DNA of 64,000 bases, from positions 809,440 to 873,439 of the forward strand of contig NW_005201792.1 in NCBI RefSeq assembly GCF_000372725.1, written 5' to 3'. Every line of letters starts with the position of its first letter. The first letter of the stretch is position 1. Source of the stretch: Emiliania huxleyi CCMP1516. Lineage: Eukaryota. Positions 47,061-59,097 of the stretch are shown here, one piece after another. A program made the translations under genes and the position numbers. The notes under the pieces are model-generated. The model saw only the letters and a list, made by a program, of their open reading frames with translations, was not told the origin of the DNA and made no database searches.

Positions 47061-47494
47061 CAGTCTGTTGCGGGCATTCAGAAAGCGTCCCATGAAGAAA
47101 CCCTACCAAGCAATTTCCGCGAAAATCTAAGAAACCACGGCGCGCCGCAGGCGCGGCCCCAAGAAAGGGCCCACACACGAGTGTGAACAGGAGCCCCGCT
47201 CAAATTTTCTCTTCGCCTGCGGCGCGCGCACTTGTCATTTTGCCCAAGTCTGCGGTGTTCTGGGCGGTGTGGATGGAGGTGTGTGCGTCTTCCTGTCATC
47301 CCAAGACTGCTGACTGGCGCATCGGTCCAGCGCTTCCTTATTGTCATTTTACCTAAAAGTTCCTAGATCCCGGCTGACCTGGGGTGCCGGCCGAAGCTAA
47401 GAAACCACGGCGTGGGGTGGGTGGGGTGGGTGGAAAGGCTTAGAAACGGCGGCGTGCCGCGGGATCCTGTTTTCTTAATGCCCGCAACAGACTG
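47061..47494. mobile_element. Tc1/mariner-type MITE, TA duplication
   Basis: TA|CAGTCTGTTGCGGGCATT ... AATGCCCGCAACAGACTG|TA; internal CTAAGAAACCACGGCG repeats. Confidence 0.88.
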
Positions 47495-47555
47495 TACATG
47501 TTGACTATCACCTCTTAAATATAATAACAACGTACTCGACTCTCCAGCACTCCGG

Positions 47556-48229
47556 CGGCTCAAGCGGGAGGGAGCGGAGACAGTGGGCAGCGCGCGAAGC
47601 GGGTGAGACTGATAATGCTCCTTCGACTTAGGGAGCGGTTCAGCTGCTGGGCGGGCTTCAGGGTGGTGCTCACGCGAAAAGGAATCGACGCGATGCACAA
47701 AGCATACAAGAAGAGGAGAAAGAAGAGGACGGACACCGGTGATGACAAAACAGAAACTAGCGCAGACGAGAGCAGGGCAGACCCGGGGACGGGGGAGCCG
47801 GAGCAGATGGCATCGGCCGCCGAGGGAAGGTTGGGAAGAGGCACGAGGAGGGCGGCGACCTCAACCGACTAATGGAGGACCCGCCGTCGCCAGACGAGAC
47901 GCAGGGCAGACGACGGGGAGGCGGAGCAAACGCGCAGGGCGAGACGAGGGAGGGAGCAGGACTTTGCGGAGATTAGCAGGAGGATGTACGAAGAGATTAG
48001 GAGCAGCAGGAACCCGACGGGGACCATGTGGAAGACGGCTAGTGCTAGCTGCTACCACCCTACCAGAGAGTCTCCCCCAAGCCCCATATCGCGCATCGGG
48101 GGGACACGACCCCGGCTAGTCGCCGCCGACCACACCCACAAAGAACCCTGCACAAAGATCGCAAGGGCGGGGTCCTGTTCCTTTTTACCCCCATCTCACA
48201 GTAGAGGTGTCCGTTTTTATTTATTTATT
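47556..48229 (+). mobile_element. Family B non-LTR retroelement fragment, (TTTA)n tail, 13-bp TSD TCCAGCACTCCGG
   Basis: TSD at 47543-47555 and 48230-48242; terminus CCCATCTCACAGTAGAGGTGTCCGTTTT shared with 56054-56119. Confidence 0.85.
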
Positions 48230-48403
48230 TCCAGCACTCCGGACGTCGACTCAGTTCTTGGCCAAAGTACAGGTTTCGATCCGGGCCACCGCAAATTTTG
48301 ATCAGCAAATTTCGAGGGGCGGCCGCAAATTTTGAGGTAGATTTTGATTGTCAAAACGTGTCCGTCTTGGCACAGGATAGAGCATATAGGCGGCGAACAC
48401 CCA

Positions 48404-48890
48404 GGTGCGCAGGGACATCGCGACTCTGCCCGCTCGCTCGACCCTTTTGCCGCGAGAGGGCGCCGGCCGCGTGTAAGAGGTGGCTGGCGCCCTGAGGCGG
48501 CAATTGGTGGCGTGGGGAGTTTTGCGGAGAACGCTACTGGCGGCGCGACAGGGCCTCTCTCGATTGCGTGTGCCGCCCATCGGCACGCGGGTGCGCAGAC
48601 ATCGCGACTCTGCCCGCGCTCGCTCGACCCTTTTGCCGCGAGAGGGCGCCGGCCGCGTGTAAGAGGTGGCTGGCGCCCTGAGGCGGCAATTGGTGGCGTG
48701 CGGAGTTTTCGGAGAACGCTACTGGCGGCGCGACAGGGCCTCTCTCCGCTGCGTGTGCCGCCCCATCAGCACGCGGGTGCGCAGACATCGCGACTCTGCC
48801 CGCTCGCTCGACCCTTTTGCCGCGAGAGGGCGCCGGCCGCGTGTATGAGGTGGCTGGCGGCCTGGCGCCCTGAGGCGGCATTTGGTGGGG
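48404..48890 (+). repeat. Tandem repeat, ~185-bp unit, about 2.7 copies
   Basis: GACATCGCGACTCTGCCCG near 48414, 48598 and 48784. Confidence 0.92.
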
Positions 48891-48979
48891 TCAGCGTGCG
48901 GTGCTGAGTCTTACTCGTCCGCGCTGGGGCCAGATCCCAGCGCAGAACTCTGCAACGCTGGCATACAAACACAAGAACA

Positions 48980-49062
48980 CTAACCCTAACCCTAACCCTA
49001 ACCCTAACCCTAACCCTAACGCTAAGCCCTAACCTCTAACCCTAATAACCCTAACCTAACCC
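48980..49062 (-). repeat. Interstitial telomeric tract (CCCTAA)n
   Basis: Direct reading; degenerates toward the right end. Confidence 0.92.
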
Positions 49063-49269
49063 ACCCCCCAACTCCACACCGCAAATGTGAAAGATCTTGA
49101 TGAAAATCAGGCCCGACTGCAAATTTCTTCAAAATTTTCGCAGGCGCTCCGCGCCTGTAAATTTTGAAATAAATTCGACAAAATTGGTACCTGGCCCAAC
49201 TCAGTTCAGATCATTTGCGGGGCCGCTGGCGCCGGTGCAAGGCCTCCGCCCGCTGCTCCTCCGCCAAGG

Positions 49270-51096
49270 CTAGCGCGCTCGCCAAGTCCATCCCCTCCTC
49301 CTCCTCCTCCGACCCGCTCTCCCCACCACGCCCAGCCACGACCACCGCGTCCCGCTCCTCCGGCCTCCGCCCCAGCTCCTCAATCTCGTCAAAGGAGCGG
49401 AGGAAGAAGAGCGTGTGGAACTGTACGGAGCCCGGCCCGAGCCGCTGCAGCAGACGCGGCGCCTACCGACGGCTCCAGCGGAACTGTGCGGGAGAGGAGC
49501 ATGAGGCCGTGGCTGTGAGAGGCGCCACGCCTCCGCCGCCGCCTCCCCTGGCGGCGAAGACTGCGCGACCGGCGACCAGACCTTGCCCACGTACTGCACC
49601 GCCCCCGCCACACCCTGCGCGCTCACGCGCACGCGCTTTCGAGCCCCCCCCCCTCCCTCCCCCGCCTCGGTCGGCGCAGCCTCGGGCAGCGCCGCCAGCT
49701 CCGCCATCCAGCCCGGCACGCTCCGCCAGCGCGCGTCGCGGCGGGCCGCCTATGCAGCGGCTCTCAAGCGTGGGGAGGCACGCCTCGCGCACTGCCGCCG
49801 CCGGGGGGGCTCGACTCGCCGGGCAGGTGGCGCCGGCGCAAGCCGCCGGGGCCGGCAGGCGCATGCACGGGAAGAGCGGGGCCGGCGGCCTTCGGTGGCG
49901 GGCGGGGAGGAGGAGGCGAGGTGGCGTGGGAGGGCAGTGACTCGCCCACCACCCAAACATGAGCGTCAGCCGGCCTCCCTCCTCCTCGCCCTCCTCCTCG
50001 CCCTCCTCCTCTCGCTCGCCCTCGCCCTCGCCGCGAGCGAGGCTCTCCGGCAGCACGCCTGCCACAGCAACCATCTCGAGGCTGAGGCGGCGGGCACGAG
50101 GACGGGCGGGGCCCTTCGTGCGCCGTGCAGCACGTCGCCCCGGAAGAGGAGGAGCCGCCCCTCCTTGGGCCGGACGAGGAAGGCGCTCGCCTGGAGACGC
50201 ACACGTGCGCCGCGTCACCCACGCGCTGGACGGCGCGCGGCCAGCCTGGGGCCGGGAGTGGGTCGCCTCTGCCGCCGCGTCGCCCGACCCGGAGGCGAGC
50301 GTCTGCGTGGTGACCATGGTTGGCGCCGCCTTCCTCCCGCCGAGGTAGAGCACCGACGAGACGAGGGGGTGGCGCGTGCCGCCGCCCGAGAGGAGCGTCG
50401 CCTCGTCGAGGTCAAAGTGCAGCTGGTGGAGCGCGCGGCGGCTGCTCCGCGTGTGAGCCCACCACTCAACCGTCCTCAGGCGAGGCGCCGCCGAGCCGCC
50501 GCCGCCGCCGCCTCCCGGGTACAAGTCGGCGGCGTGCCTATCCTCGGGTTGTGACGAGGTCCCGAGGCCTGATGGGGCGGCTCTCCCTCTTTGAGAGCGC
50601 GAGGCGACCGCTCCATCAGCGGCTGCAGCAGGCGGGCAGCCTGCTCGACGAGGAGGAGCGGTGGTTTGGAGGCCGTGAGGTCGTGCCGGTACGAGAAGAA
50701 GCACGGCGTGGGATAGCCGTGCTCCTCCCAGAAGGCAGCTCCCGGTCGCAGCGCTCGCTGCAGCCCCGCGATCACGGCTGGCGGAAGCACGCCGTCGAGC
50801 ACTATTGGAGCACCACAGAGGCCAGCAGGGCTAGGCGTCGCCGTCGATGGCGGCGCGAAAATGGAGACCGAAAGCCGGTGGCGCATACCCAACGCCCGCA
50901 GAAGCCTATCTGCTTCAGAGCCGCGCCCTTGCCGCGAGCAGAGCAGCGCGAGGTCGTGCTGTGCAGTGGCGCCGGCTGCAACCCGTCCCGCAGCCTGCTT
51001 GAGCTTGGCGCTCGTCGAGCTGGTGTCGAGGCGAGCAGCCGCACGGGCGCCGGCGGCGATGACGCGACGCAGGCGTGCTTCTTCCGCCTCTGCCAT
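49270..51096 (-). CDS. 2OG-Fe(II) oxygenase-like protein, multi-exon
   Basis: VEWWAH..., HQLHFDLDE, HPLVSSVLYL, GRLLLFRGDVLHG, RLTLMFGWW. Confidence 0.75.
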
Positions 51097-51415
51097 TTGT
51101 CAGGCCAGGGCGACGGAGGTAGCAGCGAGGTGGCAGCGAGCAAGCGGCTGCCGGCTCGCCAAGCCGCACGCAGCCCCGGGCCGCAAAAAGAATTTTTAAC
51201 CACAAACGGGACTGGCGCGCACTGAGAATTGCGGCGTGCACCAAAAAACGCCCCCTCCGTGTCGCGATGCTCTCCCCGCTCCCGTTCCCCTGTGTCCCTG
51301 ATCGTCCTTACTCAAGATCTTACTTGCAGGTGGGGACCCTGTCCTTCTCCCACCCCTCGTCTGGCGTGTCTGTTTTATTTAGTAAAAGAAAGAAAGAATT
51401 CTTAAAATACAAGCC

Positions 51416-51858
51416 AAAGAAAGAAAACAGCGAACCCAAGGGAGGGATGGGGAGGACGGCACGCCGCCACCACACAGGTCACACGGGGAGTTTAAGGAGA
51501 GAGGAGTGTGGTGCTAGCCGTCGCCCACCCTCGGGCGTCTACCTCTTAAAACGGACGCCTTCATGCGCACCCCCAAAAGAAAGAAAACGGACAACCCAAG
51601 GGGGGGGAAGGACGGCACGCCGCCACCACACAGGGATTTTAAGGAGAGGGGTGTGGTGCGCTAGCCGTCGCCCACCCTTGGGCGTCCGCCTCTTCCTATC
51701 TCTCTTCGCAGTCTCTCGCCGATTCTCGCCAACCTTCATGCCACCTCGCGGTCGCCCCCCTCTCGTCGTGCTCTCCCTTGTCGCTTCTTCCTCTGTCGCG
51801 TCGCTCTCCTCTGCCTCGTTCTGCGACGCCGATGCGCGCCCCCTCGCAGCTTCTTTCC
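51416..51858 (-). mobile_element. Two tandem family A retroelement 3' fragments (about 51416-51548 and 51575-51858)
   Basis: Both carry GGACGGCACGCCGCCACCACACAGG and the tail; the second aligns with 59227-59528. Confidence 0.85.
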
Positions 51859-52018
51859 CGCGGAAAAATTCTTTCCCCCCCCCGGCGTGACGAACCTGAC
51901 CCTTGTCGCTGAAGCTGTCGCTGAAGCCCGGCGTAAAGCCAGCGCCTCTGCCCACTGCGGCCGTCGCCGTCGGCTCCTGCACGCAGCCCGCCGCTGAGCT
52001 CCGCCAGCGCCTGCCGCG

Positions 52019-55000
52019 ATGGCGACCCCACCCACGATCAACCAGGCTACCAACCCCGGCGGCTCGAACGCAGCCGACATTGACCCTCCGATGCCTCCCG
52101 CGGCGTGGGTCAACTTCGTCGGAGGGGGCGCGAGCGGGGCAGTGCCCAACTTGGTGGACCCAGCGACGGGGCTACCCATCTCCAACATCCCTCAGCCCCC
52201 AACCCAACTCGCTTTCCTGGGAGGAAGCAACATTGGTGCCATCGCTCCCAATGCGAAGCCCGTGAAGGCCAGACCAGCGCCGACGCCGGTGCCGGGCATC
52301 CAGCAGTCGCTCCAGGCGGCGAACGATCCGGGCTACAACGCGTACAGCACCCTCAACCCATTCGTGCAGGGCGGAGGCATCTCCACTATGGTGCGCTCCA
52401 GCGCTCGCTGCCGCCACCTGCCACCGCCGCCACCCGCCACCGCCGCCGCCGCCGCCGCCGCCTCCTCCTGCTCCGCCACCGCGCTCGTCGCCACCGTCAT
52501 CGCCGTCCCCACTATCCCTGCCGCCGCCGCTGCTCTGTTTCTCCGCCGCCGCCCTCACCGCCTCCGCCGGCACAGCAGCAGCCGCTGCCGCCGCAGCACC
52601 CGCCGCCGTAGCTCCTGCCGTTTTGCCGCTCCTTCGCTGCGGCCGCCGACTCCCCCACCCCTCCCTTCGCAGGCGTACCCACCCACCGGTGAGTCGACCT
52701 ACGGCCTCATGTTTCAGACAAACGGCGCGCGGCCACCGCCGCCCTCGCAGCAGCCACTCACCGACGCAACGCCCACCGCCGCCAGCCGCCGCCAGCCGTC
52801 GCCCCGTCTCCACCGTCGCCGCTGCCGCTGCACACCGCCGCGCGCGCCGCTGCTGCTGCACTCCGCCCTCGCTTTGATCACGAACCAGCCCACCTCCCTC
52901 TCCCCCACCCCCACCTCTCACCTCGCCCACCTCCCTCTCCCCCACCTCCCTCTCCCCCACCCCCCTCTCCCACACCTAGGGGAGCCGCTGCCTCTCTACC
53001 CGGCGCCTCGCCCCACCGAGATCCTGCCGACGCGCCTCATCTTCCCGGGGGCTCTCGCTCCAGCCCAGGTCTGCGCACCCGCGCACAACGACCCCTCGCA
53101 CTCCGCATGCCGCACCCGGGCCCCTTCCTCTCAAGGGCGGGGAGATGCGACGGAGTGCACAGCCCTCTGCCCGACTCCATGTGTGGGTGTGTGTGTGCTC
53201 AGCCCCCTGCTCACCCTCCCCTTCTCTCCCCTCAGTCACGGCTCATCCCTGTGCCCGGCAACGCCGTCATCGAGCAGGCCAACCGCGCTTGGTGCGAAGC
53301 CCCAGTTCCCTGCCCCCCGCCCCCACCGGTCCGTGTCCCCAGTCCTCCTCCCCCCCTCCGCCCCCCGCTGGCACCCGCCCCCCCCCCCCCCTCCAACCCC
53401 CCACCAACCCCAAAGGTACAACACCATCCCAAAGCCAGATCCGCTCGGTGTCTTCGGGGTCGCACCTGTCTCGGGAGTCGGTGGCCCTCTCGTCTCGGAA
53501 GCAACCGCGCTGCTCCCCAATGACCCGCTGACCGCGCCCGGCCCGAACGGCGCGATGCCCGACTTGGCGCTCCAGAAGTTCGCGCCGCAGTACCAGCCGT
53601 ACGTGCAGTGGACCATCCAGAACGTGATGTGGCTCGGCGTCTGGGTCAACATCTCCGCCTACTTCGAAAAGGTTCGCCGCCGCCGCCCCCGGCCTCACTC
53701 TTTCTTTCTATCTCCCTCTCCCTCTCCCTCACTCTCTCTCCCCCTCCCTCCAGGCGGCCTCGATCCAGCTCTTCGGCTCCGTCGAGCTCGGCACCGACGA
53801 CGCCCTCGCCTACTCCACCATCGAGGGGACGGCCGGCTACCTCGACCGCGAGCAAAACTCCCCCTTCCCGACCCAGGCGCGTGGCGGCACGGGGGGCCAC
53901 GGGCGGCGGGGCCCACGGGCGGGGGGGAGGGAGGGAGGAGGGGACTCACCAGACGAGTGCTGCCGCGGGTAGGTCGACGGCGGAGGCTGGTTCGGCTGGA
54001 TGGGCTGCCGCTCCACGTGGGCCTGCACGCAGCAGTGCTGGTGTGCGCCGGCGCTGCCCGCTGCGCACGCGGGAGAGGCGCGTGGCTGAGACGCGGCGCG
54101 GCGTGGTCTGCTGCGTAGGTACATCGGCTTGCTGTGCGGGCTCGAGAAGTATGGCGTCGCGATCGTCGCCGTGCTGCTGCTGCTCTTCGAGCTCGTGCTG
54201 ATGGAGGGGATCATCGTCACCGACTTCATCGCCGTCGTGCCGCGCACCGCGACCTGGCTCGACTTCTTCACGGCGGACGTGCCCGTCACGCCCCGCGTCG
54301 CCACCGCCCTCGTCTACCTCGTCTTCTGGCTCCTCCTGCTCGGCTTCTGCTTCCACAAGCTGTCGGAGCAGTCCTACTTCCGCCAACTGGGCGGCGGCCG
54401 CATCTTGCTGCGCTCGCTCGCGGCCAACTACGAGGCGCAGAGCTACTCGTACTGCAACATGATCTTTTGGACCATCCTGTTTGAGTTTGACACGGTCATC
54501 ATCCCGGCGTACTTCCCCTTCGTCCTCGCGCTGCTCGTGATGGAGACGTACGAGGGCAACATCCGCGAGGCGGCCGTGCTGCTGCTCATCTTTTACCTCG
54601 TCTCGCGCCTCCACTCGATGGCTGTCTACATCGTCGAGCTGCTCGCCTGCATACCCGAGTGGCTCATCCAGCCCGAGGACGGGGCCGACGGCTTCTCGGC
54701 CAGTGCGACTCGCCCACCCCCTTGCCCCTCCGACCGCTTCCGAGACACCTCCCGCCTGCTGCCGCTGGCTCCGCCCCTCACCGCCTCCGCCCCCTCCGCT
54801 CCCACGCATCTCCCCACGCCTCTCGCCTCCCGCGCCCGCCGCCAGGCGGGCCGGGCGCCAACGCGTACGTGCGCGGCTCGCGGGTGGACGTGGAGCTCAA
54901 CACGCTCAACTACATCTACCTGTGGACGACGGGGATCGGCTTCTTCCTCCTGCTCATCTTGATGAAGCTGCAGATGACGATGCTCTACCTCTGGTTCGTG

Positions 55001-55649
55001 CCCGCCATCATCATCTGGTACTGCATCGCGTGGCAGTCCATCCCGTACTGCCTCAACGGCTGGCCGAGCTGCCCCACGCACACGGGTCCGTGCGTCTCCC
55101 TCACCGCCATCGGCACCGTCATCGTCTTCGTCTCCCTCTTCCTCTTCCACCACGCGTGCTTCCTCTTCCCCTGCCTCTGCGCTCCGGAGGCGCGCGCCGC
55201 CACCGCCCGCCCCTCCGCGCACGCAGCAGAGGCGTTGTGCCTCGCCCACGCTTCAATCTGCCGTCCGCGCCGCGATCCGGTCACGACCCCCCCCCCCCCC
55301 CCCTCTCCAGGTACCGGGCTACCTCTTCTTCCCGCCGAGCGGCGCGATCGACTCTCCACTCACCGGCAAGTTCGACGTCTCGCACGGCCTCTTCCTGCGC
55401 CGCCTCTTCGGCGGCGGCGACACGTGGGACTGCGCTTGGGAGCCGCCCTCGTTGGACGCCGCGGAGGAGGCCGAGGCGCGCCGCCGCCACCCCCCCCCCC
55501 CCCCCTCCCCTCCTCTCCCTCTCCCTCTGCGACTCCCGCGCGGATTACGGCTGATGGTGCCGCGGCGGCTGCAGGCGGCGGGACGGCTGCTGCACGAGTC
55601 GGTCGCTCTCTCCCCCGTCCTCGCCTTCTTCAGCAACGCCTTGAGCTGA
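52019..55649 (+). CDS. Hypothetical polytopic membrane protein with Pro-rich N-terminus, many exons
   Basis: Coding-like exons with multiple hydrophobic helices (YGVAIVAVLLLLFELVL, ALVYLVFWLLLLGFCF, YFPFVLALL, IGFFLLLIL, IGTVIVFVSLFLF). Confidence 0.7.
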
Positions 55650-56053
55650 GGAGTCGGCGGCTCGCGCCGAGAAGAGCGAGGAGCACCCCCTCCTCCTCCA
55701 CCCCTTTGCCTTCAAACTACCTGCCGCTCGCCCGTCTATACACACTGCTACCTCGACGCAAGCTCACGTACCCTCTCCCTGTCGCCCGTATCTCCGTCAT
55801 GGCATGCGTACTCCGGCATGAGCCCATGCAGTGCAACGCATGAAGGCATGATCGCGCCGCCGCGCGGATCGACCGCGCGGAGTTGAACTCGCGCGGCGGG
55901 TGGTGTCCCTCGCATGCAGTGTTCTCATCGCGCCATCTCTCTCGCATGTCGTTGGTCTCCCGCGAGCGGCCGAGGTGTTGATACCATTGTTTTATATTAC
56001 GTCACCGCAAAACACAAAAATCGCGCGCGCCGCTCAAGCGTATTGCACCACCT

Positions 56054-56119
56054 TTTAAGTTTTATTTTACCCATCTCGCAGTAGAGGAGCACTTGGAGGT
56101 GTCCGTTTTTATTTATTTA
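56054..56119 (+). mobile_element. Family B retroelement 3' end, 8-bp TSD CACCACCT
   Basis: TSD at 56046-56053 and 56120-56127. Confidence 0.75.
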
Positions 56120-58115
56120 CACCACCTCGTCGGGCGCGAACTCCCGGTCCCGCTGGAGATAATCCTTCAGAACATCCCGCGCCGCGACCACCTCCTGCAT
56201 CCGCTTGGTCGCGTCCGCCGCGTCGCAGCGATCCGGATGCAGCTTCCTGGCCTGGTCCTTGTACGCTCGGTCCACCTGCGCCTCGCTCAGAGCGGTGGGC
56301 GGCGGGGGTAGCCCCAGCACATCGCGGGCCGAGGCCAGCGCCTCCTCGGCATGCTCCTCTGCGGCGTCATTCGCCGCGCGCTGCTGGTGGGAGCTGCGGT
56401 ACTCATGAAACGCGCCTTCGGCGCTCCACTCGTACCGGTCGCGAGGATGGGCATGGCTGGCAGCGCCCGCAGCAGCCGCACCCTGCCCGCCCGCCCCGCC
56501 CTGTCCCTCCGGCCATAGCGTGGTGGCGAGGGCGTCGCGAAGAGAGAAGCCCTCCGGCTTGGGCTGCGGCGTGGCATCGCGCAGGAAAATCAGGGTCTGC
56601 TCGGCGCGCGTGTACGCCACGTATTGCACGTTGAGCTCCTGCCGCGCCTGCCAGCCGCCCTGCTTGAGCACAAATTCAAACGGGATCCTATCGCATGCGT
56701 CGCGAACACGGTCAGGGAGGGTGCTGGCGGAGCCTGTGGAGTTCTGCTATCGGGCATGGATCGGGCGTGCTCGGCTCACTCGGACGGCTCGAGCAAGTAG
56801 ACGACGGGCCAGCCAAGGCCCTTTGCCTTGTGCACAGTCGCGAGCTCCACCGGAGGCCGCACCTGCGCTCACGGGTCAGGCCGTGCGATGCGTGCGTGTG
56901 CGGCCGCGGTGGGCGCTCCAAACGCGCAAACTAGATTAGGCTCGCGCGCTCGGTCTCGCAGCACGCCTGCTGACTCGGCAGGACGTACTCGCCGCCTGCG
57001 GCCCCAAAGTTGAGGTGCACCGCCTCGCGCAACGCCTTGAGCCTCGCCGCCTTGTCGGCGTGGCTGCTGTCCTCCCGCACGCGGCCGATGAGCAGCCTGA
57101 TGCACTCGGCAAGGTCGCTCAGAGCGTACTCGACGCCGCGACCCTCCTCCGCAGCCACCTGCAGCCACCGGTCAGAGATCTCGCACGCTACCTCGTCCTG
57201 CCATGGACCTCGGCCGTCCCTCGGTTATCTCTAAGCCATGTCTCTCAGACCATGTCTTGGCTACGTCTCGCCTCCTCTTCGCGCCGCACGTGGCTGTGCA
57301 GCGCCGACTCGACCTCGTCCAAGCTCTCCATCTGGTCGATGCCGCGCCTAGCTCATGAGCTTCATTCGTTAATCTTGGCCAGTGAGTTTCGCCCTCTCCG
57401 CCCGCCCGGTCGATCGATGGCGCCCGTCGTAGGAAAGCCGAGAGCAGCCCCTCGATTTTGGCAGCGAGAGGCGTTCGGCCGAGCATGCGGCTCGCGACGC
57501 CCCTCGCAGTGAGCAGGAATAGCAGCGCAAGTAGAGGCGCGTTGCGGCGGGCGAGGATCGCCCGCTCCGCCCGCAGCGACACGCCGCCCGCCGCGCCGCC
57601 GCCAGCCACGTCGCCGTTGCCGGCGGCGGCCAGTGCCGTACTGGCGAAAGTGTAGTCTCCCGGCAGCGGGTGGCTGGCGAAAGTGCATCCGTCCTCTCCT
57701 GCGCGGTCCTTCCTACAGATCTCGCCGCGCCCCTTGCCGCGCATCGGCCGCATCTTCTCGCCCGTGCCTAGAGCGAGTGGCGTGGCTCACTTAATCGTGA
57801 GCCGCACATTTACCGCATGTCCTCGCCCGCGCCGTTGGTGGCGTTGTCGATGACGGTGTTGGCGAGCTCGATGTGGCTTTCCGGGCAGCGGCGGCAGACG
57901 GGGAGGCTGTACACCTCGCAGTCAAAAGTCTCGAAGAGCGTCTCGAGCGCGTCTTCCATCGCAAAGGCCCACCCGTACAACGCCTGCATGAATAATCAAA
58001 TTAGAGATCAGTGGCGCCTGAAGGATGAATCTACTCCGTAGTACAATCCTGCATGTCGTCCCCGACGACGAAGATGCGGCATCCCGATTCGGCCGCTAGC
58101 CGCTGCAACATCAGC
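56117..58115 (-). pseudogene. 5'-truncated UvrD/Rep-like helicase fused to a C-terminal J-domain
   Basis: IFVVGDDMQ|ALYGW, LPVCRRCP, ILARRNAPL, LATVHKAKGLGW, ELNVQYVAYTRA; J-domain VLGL...RAYKDQARKLHPDR...MQEVVAARDVL; no Walker A or B seen upstream. Confidence 0.7.
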
Positions 58116-58219
58116 TGCCGGATGCGGGAGGGTGCAGTATTTTTTTGTGCGCGTGGGCGGCCGCGGGCGGCCCCCCTCGGTGCCGAATGGCCACTTTTTT
58201 GAGAAATAACTCGCCCGGT

Positions 58220-59097
58220 CGAGCTCCCCTCGCGCAAGGACCACATTTCTGACTCCCACTCCGATCATTTGCCTCCAAGTCATGTCGTTGCTCAGGTCCA
58301 CTCTCTCTTCGAACACTTGTACCTCAACGGTCGGTGTTGGCACTGGGGTTCCCTTCGGATATATCGTGACAGCTGATGCGGGATTACCACTGGTGTTTCG
58401 TCCTCCTCGGAGTCGTCTTCCCCGGCTTCCTCCCGTTCGGCTCTACGTTCATTTCGTTCGGCGTGGCTCACCCTCCATGCCGTGAACAGGCGCCCTATCC
58501 ATCCTATGTTCTTCTCTCGCTCCTCTGCCCGTGCCTTGGTCTTGTCGTTGTTTCGCACCCATATGAGTGTGTGTGTGTGTGTGTCAGCCTCCGGCTGTTT
58601 GCGGCGGGCGGCTTGCTGCTCGCTGCATGGCGAAAAACTCATATCGTCACACACCAAGGGCGTATGCTCTGGCGAGACGTGAGGCGCATGCGCCCAGGAG
58701 AGGAGGGGGCATGCGTAACGACACTGCTAGAGATGCCTTTCGGGGCCCAGAGACAAAACTTCTGATGCCATGCGTGACCTAGTAGTGTCCCCAGCTATGG
58801 GCGTGTCCACGTTGGAGCCAGGTGTGGTGTGGGCGCGAGAATAGCTCCGCCGTTCATGGAGGCAACCGATGCGAGTCGACTGGTGTGTGTCGTCGTGGTT
58901 TCGTATCAAGAATACTCCACTCACGCACCCATATCTGTATGGCAATCGAAGCTGCCTTCCCCACTACCTGTAGTTCCCTCGTCACCCTCTCCTGCAAGCC
59001 CCCCTCTCTTTCTTTCGGGTATGGACTCTGTCAGTGCTGGCAGCGTGCAGGCAATCACGGGCGCTATTTTGTCGTACTCCTCTTCGACGAGCGCTCC
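58220..59097 (-). mobile_element. Degenerate internal fragment of the family A retroelement, interrupted by an insertion
   Basis: Collinear with 59584-60087. Confidence 0.88.
58564..58923. mobile_element. 360-bp insertion with 10-11 bp TSD CGCACCCATA(T) and a (GT)n end
   Basis: TSD at 58554-58563 and 58924-58933; absent from the paralogue near 59915-59925. Confidence 0.85.

Larger units (their letters stand above)
48258..49199. mobile_element. Non-autonomous TIR element, TSD CTCAGTTC, carrying a 3x ~185-bp satellite and a (CCCTAA)n tract
   Basis: TSD at 48250-48257 and 49200-49207; imperfect TIR TTGGCCAAAGTAC / GTACCTGGCCCAA; GCAAATTT subterminal motifs at both ends. Confidence 0.75.

Noticed and set aside
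48404..48890. CRISPR-like array
   Set aside because: Units are long tandem copies without unique spacers, the context is eukaryotic, and no cas genes are present
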